Assembly (NCBI RefSeq): GCF_006345805.1
Contig: NC_043000.1
Span: forward strand, 20,956,001-21,020,000
Origin: Octopus sinensis
Lineage: Eukaryota
Direction of reading: 5' to 3'
Length of the DNA stretch: 64,000 nucleotides
Shown here: piece by piece, positions 10,701-21,867 of the stretch
Position numbering within the stretch: the first letter of the stretch is position 1
Layout of the letters: every line of letters starts with the position of its first letter
Notes under the pieces: model-generated
What the model was told of the DNA's origin: nothing
The model's database searches: none
What the model saw: only the letters and a program-made list of their open reading frames with translations
Translations under genes and position numbers: made by a program

Positions 10701-13700
10701 GTGAGACAGCTGCAGGAGAAATACCTAGCCAAAGATAAGCCCCTGTACCTGGCTTTTGTTGACATGGAGAAAGCCTTTGACAGGGTCCCCCGATCCCTTA
10801 TCTGGTGGTCAACGAGGAAACTAGGGATAGATGAATGGCTGGTGAGAGCTGTGCAAGCCATGTACAGGGATGCTGTAAGTAAGGTTAGGGTTGGCAACAT
10901 GTACACAGAAGAATGCAAAGTAGAGGTTGGGGTCCACCAGGGTTCAGTCCTCAGCCCCCTCCTATTTATCATAGTCCTCCAGGCAATTACGGAGGAATTC
11001 AAGACAAGTTGCCCCTAGAATCGAGGGGCCTTAGAGTCAACCTAGCTAAAACCAAAGTACTAATAAGTAGGAAGGTAGACCAACCACAAATGTCTTCAGG
11101 AAGATGGCCCTGCTTGATCTGTAGAAAAGGCGTAGGTAGAAACTCTATAAGATGTACCCAGTGTAAGCTATGGACACATAAGAGGTGCAGCAATGTCAAA
11201 GGAAGGCTAACTGGGAAGATAATTTTTGTATGTGGCAGATGCTCAGGAGCAATAAACTCTTAAAATCTGCAGAAAACAACTTCCGTCACTTTCCAGGGGA
11301 AAAAACTAGAAGTAGTTGATAACTTCCGTTATCTAGGTGACCAAGTCAGTAGTGGGGGTGGGTGCGCTGAAAGTGTAACTGCTAGAGTAAGAATAGCCTG
11401 GGCAAAGTTTAGGGAGCTCTTACCTCTGCTGGTGACTAAAGGCCTTTCGCTCAGAGTAAAAGGCAGACTGTATGATGCATGTGTACGAACAGCCATGCTA
11501 CATGGCAGTGAAACATGGGCCGTGACTGCTGAGGACATGTGTAAGCTCGCGAGGAATGAAGCCAGTATGCTCCGATGGATGTGTAATGTCAGTGTGCATA
11601 CACGACAGAGCATTAGTACCTTGAGAGAAATGTTGGACCTAAGAAGCATCAGTTGTGGTGTGCAAGAGAGACGATTGCGCTGGTATGATCATGTGGTGAG
11701 AATGGATGAAGATAGGTGTGTGAAAAAGTGGCAATCCCTAGCAGTTGAGGGAACCCGTGGAAGAGGTAGACCCAGGAAAACCTGGGACGAGGTGGTGAAG
11801 CATGACCTTCGAACTTTAGGCCTCACTGAGGAAATGACCAGCGACCGAGACCTTTGGAAATATGCTGTGTGTGAGAAGACCAGGCAGGACAAGTGAGTCC
11901 AGCCCTCTTATGCATGTTTTTCCTCCCTTGGACACACAAAGACTTGTTGAGGCAAGCGAAGTCGATATCGAACCTTATCCGACGACAGGTACCCATGCCA
12001 ACCCCCCTTTACTTGCAAAGACCTGTTGGGGCAATCGAAATCGAAATCGGAATCGAAATTGAACCAATCCTATGACTGGCACCCGGCAGATGCCAGGACC
12101 CCTGGACTGGTGGTACGTAAAAAGCACTATCCGAATCGTGGCCGATGCCAGCGTAAAATGCACCAATCCGACCGTGGCCGTTGCCAGCCTCGCCTGGCAC
12201 CTGTGCAGGTGGCACGTAAAAAGCACCCACTACACTCACGGAGTGGTTGGCGTTAGGAAGGGCATCCAGCTGTAGAAACATTGCCAGATAAGACTGGAGC
12301 CTGGTGCAGCCTTCTGGCTTCCCAGATCCCCGGTCGAACCGTCCAACCCATGCTAGCATGGAGAACGGACGTTAAACGATGATGATGATGATAATGATGA
12401 TTATTACTGTTATTTCTTTATTTTCTGCAAACAAAATGCACAAAAAAGCCACACGTTTGCATTATGTTATATGTACAATAATAATAAAGGACGTTACCAT
12501 ATACATTTTTACAAACCAAAGACGTTATATAGACCTCCTTGACTCAAGTTAGAGAAGGGGTGTGTATTATACACAAGTTTTAGGTTTTTCAGTGGTATAG
12601 CCCCCTAAAAATCCCATGCGTATTATACTCAACGGCGGACTATACTTGAGGATTTATGGTAGTTTATTATTCAAACAAAAGGGAAAAGATCAGACAAATC
12701 TAATGTAGTCTGTCCATCCCCATCTCACAGATCAGTGGTTCTCAAGCACTTTTTACCTATGGACCCCTTTTGATCACTGTTTTATTCTAGCAAACTCCAG
12801 AGCCATTTGATGTTTAAAAATTAGTTTTATAGATACTTCTTTCAAAATTCCTACTTTGTTTTTCACTCATTCACTTGTATAGATTTGCAAGATTACTCTC
12901 TTAGTGAACATGTTTCAATGGCTGGAAACAAGCATGTTGAACTATGTAAAACATTAGAGAAAGAAACCTAGCTGTTTCTTACAATAAGTATAACTAAACC
13001 AAAATTTTTTCATTGACCTTTAACCCTTTAGTGTTTAAACTGGTCAAATCCGGCCCAATATATTCTACATGTTTTATATTCAAACTGGCGATATCTAGCC
13101 TCTCACTCCTAACCTACAATGCCATTCTGAAAATAAGCAATCACATCATTGAAACCTCAAAGCTATAAGATAATGCATGATTAATTCAAAACAATTTGAG
13201 TGAAAAAGTATTACATTTAACAGAGTATTCTGAACACTAAAGGGTTAAACTACTACTGTGAATCCCCAATTTACAATTTTGCTTGTGTGGACCCCTAAAA
13301 ATCTTATATGAACCCCAGTTGAGAACCACTGTCTTAGATAAAAACCAATGAAAGTCTGGCTAAAACTCTTGGTTTAATTATGGCCATAGGCGTAGGAGTG
13401 GCTGCGTGGTAAGTAGCTTGCTTACCAACCATATGGTTCTGGGTTCTGTTCCACTGCATGGCACCTTGGGCAAGTATCTTCTACTATAGCCTCAGGCCAA
13501 CCAAAGCCTTGTGAGTGGATTTGGTAGATGGAAACTGAAAGAAGCCCGTCATATATGTGTGTGTATATATATGTATATATGTATGTATGTGTATATGTTT
13601 GTCCCCCCAACATCGCTTGACAACCGATGCTAGTGTGTTTACGTCCCCGTCACTTAGCGTTCTGCGAAAGAGACCAATAGAATAAGTACTAGGCTTACAA

Positions 13701-16700
13701 AGAATAAGTCCTGGGATCGATTTGCTCAACTAAAGGCAGTGCCCCAGCATGGCCACAGTCAAATGACTGAAACAAGCAAAAGATAAAAGATAGAATCAAA
13801 AATATAAATCATTTGAGAAGATGTACATTCATTCTCATCAATGCCATCATTGTTTTAACATCCACCTTCCATCCTTCCATGACTCAGACAGAATTCACTG
13901 ATGCAGATTTTCTATGGCCTGATGCCTTCCCTCACCTGTTTCCAAGTGAAATAATTTCTTCACGGCCTGACATGTTTTCAAGGAAGATTGGAAATAAATA
14001 ACACTGCTTGTGTGACAGTGACACTCACTTACAACTACCATGCCATGTCAAGATAAGGAGGGATGAGGACACACACACATACATGCACAACAGGCTTCTT
14101 CCAGTTTCCATTTACTAAATCCAGTCACAAGGCTTTGGTTGGCCTGAGGCTACAGAAGACACTTGCCCACGGTGATATGCATTGGGATTAAACTTTTTTT
14201 TTTTTGTTTCTTCCTTCTCGAGTCATGCCTGGCTCATAAGGGCCGGTTTCCCGGTTTCCTTGGTGTATAGGTTCCACACCTGGATGGGACGCCAGTCCGT
14301 CGCAGGTGTGAGCTGCATGATGCAGGAGGAAAGAGTGAGAGAAAGTTGTGGCGAAAGAGTCAGCAGAAGTTCACCATTACCTTCTGCCGGAGCTGCGTGG
14401 AGCTTAGGTGTTTCGCTCATAAACACACACATCATGAGATTCGAACCTGCGATCCCTCGACCGTGAGTCCGCAGCTCTAACCACTAGGCCATGTGCCTCC
14501 ACTGGGATTAAACTTGCAGCCATGTGGTTAGGAATTAAACTTTTTAACCACACAGCCACCCTATATACAGCAGTAGTAGATACTGGAACAATACTAAGTT
14601 TCAGATTTCCTCATTTAGTATATATACATGTGTAGTATACAGGCATTTATCTGTTGTTGATTAAGGGTACCTTGAATTTCTCTCCCTCCTTATTGAGTCA
14701 CCTTTTTCATAAAGTCACCTTTCTCATAAAGCCAGACCTACTCAAGAACTGTTTACTTATGTCACTTACCAAAGGACGCTTGGAGAAATTTGGTGACAAC
14801 GATGTATTGACTATGTAAGTTAACAAATACTCTGTCACTCATGAAGTGATCCCACTGTTTCAAGGGGTGACTTGTATTTCCCAACAATCCATATTTCAGG
14901 CTAAATGGCTTGGACTTTTATGGCACTCAGACTATAGAAAGTAATTTGTATACTGGTATAAGACCTGTTGTTTAGTAGTTTAAACACTCAACTAAACTCC
15001 TCCACCTCTATTTATTAATAATTGAAGTAAAAGAAAAAATTGAAGGGAAAATTATTAAAATATATAAAACGGTTAACATTTATGAAGAAAATAAATTGAA
15101 GAGAAAAAACAGTTCATTATGGAAAATGCTTCTTTACCTCATTGGCTTCTTTGAACCAACCATCTAATTCTTTGCTTATAGTTGAGTGGTGAATAGCCAG
15201 GTCACTGCCACCAATGATTTTTGGTAAGGAGTAAGCACCACTGTTAGAATTCTGAAAGAGATTAAATAATGGATTAGAAGATCAGAATACCGAGAAGATT
15301 GTTGTTGCTAGAGCTACTGCTGCTGCTAAGATAGCTACAACCAAAATCCATGTGGTTAAGAATTTTGCTTCACAACCACATGGTTTCGGAGCATGCCATG
15401 TAAAAAGCACCAGTGATGGTGCCACATAAAAAGCACCCAGTACACTCTGCAAAGTGGTTGACATTATGAAAGGTATCTAGCGGTAGAAACCAAGCCAAAA
15501 CAGACTGGAACATGGTGTGGCTCCTGGTCTTGCCAGCTCCTGTCAAACCAGCCAATTTATGCCAGCATGGAAAATGGATGTTAAATAAGGATGATGATGC
15601 TGGTGGTTTTGGTCTTGGTGCATGATCTCACAACACATAATTGGGTTGTCCGGAAAGTTCGTGCCGATTTTTAAAGGAAAGAAGAAGCTCAATAAATACT
15701 TGCCTTTACCCAAGCTTTACCAGGTGCTCATGAACGACGGATTTTGATAGGTTGAGGCTTTCTGCCAATTCTCGGGTTGTGCAATGTGGGTTATTCTCAA
15801 TTAATGACTTTATTTGGTCATTATCTGTAGTGGATGATCTGCCTGATCGCTCTTTACCAATAAGGCTACAATCTCCAGCTCGGAACCATGTGAACCACTT
15901 CCATACAGTTCTTTTGGATAGAGAAACATCACCGTAAACGGCGCATATTTCTGTGGTTGCTTGTGAGGCATTTTTCACTTTACGGAAAAAGAAAAGTATC
16001 AAGTGCCGAAAATGAACTATCTTCCAATTTAAAGGGTTACAGAATTAATACAGGTTATAGGAACATAAACCTTCTTCCACGAAAAGATAGCTTAAATTGT
16101 GCTCTAAATGGAGGTGTAGTCAAATCATGTTTTATGGACTCAACCATGTTCTAAAATAAGTCGAAAAGTAAGCAACTATAAATCGGCATGAACTTTCTGG
16201 ACGACCCAATAATTCCTTAATTTCAAACTCAAAATTTTAATCTCACCTGTGTGAAAAAATTACTATCTCCCTTGTAATAGCTGTAACCACTTGGGAAACC
16301 ACCCATACATAAAAGACTCACCTTCCGGAAATTCTTGAAGTTACGCACTAAAACTCCTTTATAATAGGCAAATCCTTGTGGTGCATCTTTTGAATTAGCC
16401 TTTTCACGAGGAGGTGGAGGCTTTGGTTGTCTATGAACAAGGTTTGTAAATGAAATAGCTGCACAAGACTTAGGTAGAGCTTCCTCTTCTTTTATTTCTT
16501 GTTTTATTTTTACCGTTGTATTCTATAATAAAATTATAAGCAACAAAATAATAAATAAATACAATAAAATACAGACAAATATAATAATATAATGAGATCG
16601 ATCAATCCAAGTATTCGACTGATACTTGTAGACCCTGAAAGCTTACCTCAGCAGAGCATATCAAAGATGTAAACAACTGCAGTAAAACATTTATATGAGA

Positions 16701-19700
16701 TACACTAAGACGAGGAAATTAAAGATAGCTTTGTTTAGACCAGTAGTTCTCAACTGGGGTCCACAAGATCCTGGTAGGAGGCTGTAAGATTTTGTCATTA
16801 AAATTTATGTGCAAGACACTTTATTTCACTTTGTTCCAGTTCACTCAGCTGTAGAAATGAGTTGCAATATCACTGGTGCCAAGCCTTTCCCTTAGATAAC
16901 ATCGGTGGCATGGAGAGGGGAAACTGGTATGCGTGGGCCATTGCTAGTCTTCCATTAACAACTTTGCCCAGACTTGTACCTCAGAGGGTAACCTTCTAGG
17001 TGCAATCCCATGGGCATTCATGACTGAAGTGGGTCTTTACCCATTACTTCTACAACACACAAAATATTTCAACAATTTTTTAAAAAAATATAATTCCTAA
17101 TATCATAAAAACATAATAGGAATTTTTTAAACATCAAATGGCTGTGAGGGCCAATCCAAGTGAAACAGGAATGAAGAGGGTCCATAGGACAAAGTGGTTG
17201 AGAATGACTGGTTTAGATTGTCATGAAAATTCCAATATTAACATAAATTACAGAAATGAATGCAAAGAGTCATTTGAAGGCAAAATGCAGAGACATTCTG
17301 ATACTGTAACAATTCTGCCATATAGCCAATAAATTATTGCAATATTTTTACACCATAGATTAACAGAAATAAAGTATATATTTCAACATGTCTCTCATGC
17401 CTTATTTCAGGAAAAATAATTTAAACTAATTACCAAATCCTCCACAATGATAATTAGTTTAGTGAAGTATGGCATTGTTTATGATAACTTTAATACAAGA
17501 ATCTAAACCTTCTTAATTTGAAGTTCCTCTCTTTATTCTGGCTTATAATTGTTACCATTAACTGGGGGATTTCAGACAGTCAGGAGTTTGTTTTTCATTT
17601 GTGTCTTGGTTTCCATTTAGTTAGATAACTTAGGAGTTAATTATAGATTTACTTATTGAATTTATTTACCGATACTGTTATCATCATCATCATCATCATT
17701 GTTTAACGTCTGTTCTCCATGCTAGCATGGGTTGGACGGTTCGACCGGGGATCTGGGAAGCCAGAAGGCTGCACCAGGCTCCAGTCTGATCTAGCAGTGT
17801 TTCTACAGCTGGATGCTCTTCCTAACGCCAACCACTCCGTAAGTGTAGTGGGTGCTTTTTATGTGCTACCGGCACAGGTGCCAGGTGAGGCTGGCAACAG
17901 CCACGATTGGATTGGTGCTTTTTACGTGCTACTGGCACGGAAGCCAGTCAAGGTGGAGCTGGCATCGGCCACGTTCGGATGGTGCTTTTTACGTGCCACC
18001 GGCACGGAAGCCAGTTTAGGCGGCGCTGGCATCGGCCACGTTCGGATGGTGCTTTTTATGTGCCACCAGCAATAGTGTAAATGTGTTTCTTTGTTGTAGT
18101 TTAATTAATAAAGTTAGTGTTTAATCCTTCCTAGAATTAAGATTGAATGAATGAAATCTAAGGTATGTTTGTTCTCAAACAACACTTATTTTAGTGCTGA
18201 TGACACCACCAGATTGAATGGTACTGCCCTGGTGTCGAAACTATAGTGATACCCATGGAGCAGCTGATGATGGAGGTATGTTGGATTGTTAGTAAAGGAG
18301 TTATTGTATGTGCGGAATAGTATTATAACACATCCATCTAATATAAATATATATAACAATGCATGGAACTGGCTATGTTCAGACAGTAAATAAAAATAAA
18401 CTTACCACAGTAGTGAATTTTGCATTTAGGAAACCAGGTTTGATGTAAACATCTGTGAATTTTGTTGAATATTCAGTTACCTGAAAGCGAAAAAAATGAC
18501 TTTTCTAATATAGAGCCAGGGTCTGTAACATAAGTTAATAAAAGCTCTTGCACACAATTATGATGGAAGGATTTAATTTAGATGAGACATTAACCCTTTT
18601 GTTACTGTATTTATTTTGAGATGCTCTGTGTTTCTTTCAATTACTTTAAATATAACAAAGAATTTAGTAAAATAACTTAGTTATCATTCAGTTAGTTTTA
18701 GAAACATAAATTGTGACTAAAGTTTGGTGGGAGATTTTAGTTTAAAACTTTTGAAAAAAAAGACATTTGTACTCAGAGCCAGAGCCGGTTTAAACCGGGC
18801 TGGTAACGAAAGGGTTAAAATGAGTTTGAATCATAGAATCAGAAATAGTTTTAAGTGATTTAGGATTAAAAGGCCAAAGAGATTTCAGATCTCCTAAAAA
18901 ATATTATTTACCTTTCCTTGTTTCTCTTTCAATTGTGAATCTTCTGAAAGCAAGTCTAAAGTGGAAGGTTTTGAGTGTTTTTTATGTTCATAAGAAGAAT
19001 CAACTTCTTCTTTTTTAATAGAAACAGGCGTCAGTATTTCGGTACCTGGTGCTGCTTCTGTGCTTTCAGAATCTATAACAGTACTGCTTAAATTAGATTG
19101 TTTCAATTTGTCATTGGTGGTTTCTGGTACATTCACTGAATTCTGATCTTCATTTTCAGATTCTGGATCAGAATCTTCAATCACTAAAATAGGCTGAGGT
19201 TTAATGAATGGAGCCTGAGACAAAGTCTCTGGTGCAAGTATTTGTACAGAAGGTTCTCTGTTGATAGAACTACCAGGATTCGTCTTATCTGAAACAGATT
19301 CTGAAAATAATCGTGTCTTTTTGTTTGAGGGTTCATTATCATCCACTTTAGCAGAAAAAGGATTTTCTGATTTATCTGGACTTCGATTCCTGAAAAAAAG
19401 AGAAACACATTTGTAGAAGAAATATTCCTTAATCTCTCTATATATAAAGCTGAAGTTGTCTGTGTATGGCAGGTTTGGCAGCCTTCAACTAACACTATCT
19501 CCTCTGAGACCCTGCGGCACAAGTTGACCAAAATTGAGAGTATGATAGAAGAAAGTTTGCTCTTCCTTCCGTAGAAGAAAAAATTCAAATCAGCCCATGT
19601 TAACACCAAAAATTATTTACATCAAAAAGGTGCTTTTTTTCTATGAAAATCCTTATTTTTTACAATTTTTTTACTGCTGTGTCGCCATTTTTCAGTGTAT

Positions 19701-21817
19701 TTCAAGCAGAAAAATGTTCACTTAAAGAGAATAACAAGCTACATAATGCAAAATTTTTACTTTTCAAAAATTCCAATTCTAAAGGGTCGAAACAAACCCG
19801 AGCAACGCCAGGCGATACTGCTAGTATATTTAAAAATGAACAGCTAAATCTTGGAAGGAATGAATGGAAGAGATATGGAATTGCAAGCAATTCAGGATAT
19901 AAACTGATATAACAGCTAGAGAGGATTCTTCAGTCCTGCTACAGAAAATCACTTTAGTACCTGTGCTATCTTAGTCTACACTATGAAACAGTTGGTGATA
20001 GAGAAGCTGCAGCCTTAAAAACTGCACCAACCGATCGTGGCCGTTGCTAGCCTCCCCTGACACTTGTGCCAGTGGCACATAAAAAGCAGCCACTACACTC
20101 ACGGAGTGGTTGGCGTTAGGAAGGGCATCCAGCTGTAGAAACACTGCCAGATCAGACTGGAGCCTGGTGCAGCCTCCTGGTTTCCCAGACCCCGGTCGAA
20201 CCGTCCAACCCATGCTAGCATGGAAAACGGACGTTAAATGATGATGATGATGATGAGGGTTGGTATTCTCCATCATTGTGTATTCTCTGATGTTATTTGT
20301 GCGCGCGCGCGCGTGTGTGTGCGTGCATGCGTGAGTGTGTGTGTGCATGCATGAGTGTGTGTGTGTGCATGCGTGAGTGTGTGTGTGCATGTGTGAGTGT
20401 GTGTGTGCGTGTAAGAAATAAGATCTTTAATTTGCATATATTATTGGGTTGAGTCAAAAGTTTTGCAATATTTTGGTAACTCATTTGCTTCATTCCTCAA
20501 GTTACAACAAAGGCAGTCAACGTAGAAGCCATTTTGTTGCACCATATGCAGCCATATTTCTGCATGTTCTTTGATCCTCCGTTGATACCAGTTCTTGTCC
20601 TTTGAAGCGAAGAACTTCTTCACAGAAGCCGCAATCTCCTCTTGGTTAAGGAAGCAACACGTATGCAGGAAGTGAGCCCCCAAAAAACTGGTAGGAAGGT
20701 GGCTTCCAACAGTGCAACACGATGGTTTCTACTTAGGATGCTAGTCCGCTTTTGTTGTAACTTGGACAAATAAAGTAAATAAGTTAGCAAAATATTGCAA
20801 AACTTTTGACTCAATAAAAAAATAGCTGAAACTAGAAAAAAGGTATTTACCGTTTATTAGAGAAAATTTTACTTTCAGATGCATCACTGCTGGGAAATGA
20901 TGATTCTGTTGTTTTGATATTTGTAGAAGGATTTGGCATTTTTACAGGCTGGAAACATAGACAGAAAAAAAAAAGAGAAAAATCTTTTAAAATATCTGTG
21001 TGTGGAACATTTGCCAATGATTAGGCTTTGTTGCAAAGCATTTCATTTAGAAGTAACAATAAATATATCATTACGGAGATGTACTTGCATAGCAAGTGAC
21101 CTGATCTGAGATCGTGTGCTGGAATGGAAACAATTGCAGCATGGAAGGTGTTCATAAGCCATTTAAAAAACACACAAAACTGTTAGATTCACTTCAACAT
21201 TTAAATTTAATTTGTCAAAATACTTTCATTGCTTTGAGATCGTGACCTTGGGCTGTGGCCATGCTGGGGCACTGCTTTGAAGGGGTTTGGTCAAAAACAC
21301 AAACATTCATGTTTTAAAGTCCGGCACTTATTCTATTGGTCTCTTTTTTCCAAATTGCTATCTTATGGAGATATAAATAAACCAACACCAGTTGTCAACA
21401 CACACACACACATATACACAATAGGCTTCCATACAGTTTCCGTCCAACAAATTCACTCACAAAACATTAGTTGCACCAGGGCTGTAGTAGAAGATACTTG
21501 CCTAAGGTGTTGCACAGTTGAAATCATGTGGGACTGAAGTTGAAATCATGTGGTAGCTAAATGAGCTTTTAAACAACCCAGCCATGTCTGCACCTTTGCA
21601 AACATAATATGGTTAATTGCTGTGCTAAAACGAAGTCCTTTGCAAAGGAGTGGCTGTGTGGTAAGTAGCTGGTTTACCAACCACATGGTTCCGGGTTCAG
21701 TCCCACTTCGTGGCACCTTGGGCAAGTGTCTTCTACTATAGCCTCAGGCCGACCAAAGCCTTGTGAGTGGATTTGGTAGATAGAAACTGAAAGAAGCCTG
21801 TCAAATATATGTATATA

Positions 21818-21867
<50 letters not shown>

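Noticed and set aside
14430-14502. tRNA-like sequences (also 4337, 13389, 59745 and the heads of the 230-bp family)
   Set aside because: A/B boxes are followed by SINE bodies, tails and TSDs, with no complete cloverleaf or acceptor stem; they are SINE heads, not tRNA genes.
15706-16002. Domesticated SETMAR-like host gene
   Set aside because: Lies between mariner TIRs, lacks the catalytic domain and has no splice links to host exons.
18197-18248. Hammerhead-like CTGATGA ... GAAAC TATAGT G
   Set aside because: Stem II would have to use the core G8/A9, position 17 is G (violates the NUH rule) and there is no stem I; at best a decayed remnant.
19971-20493. ORFs rich in HTHTH/CVCV (also 7282, 21674, 60339, 60476)
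   Set aside because: Translations of (CA)n/(GT)n microsatellites and repeat flanks.
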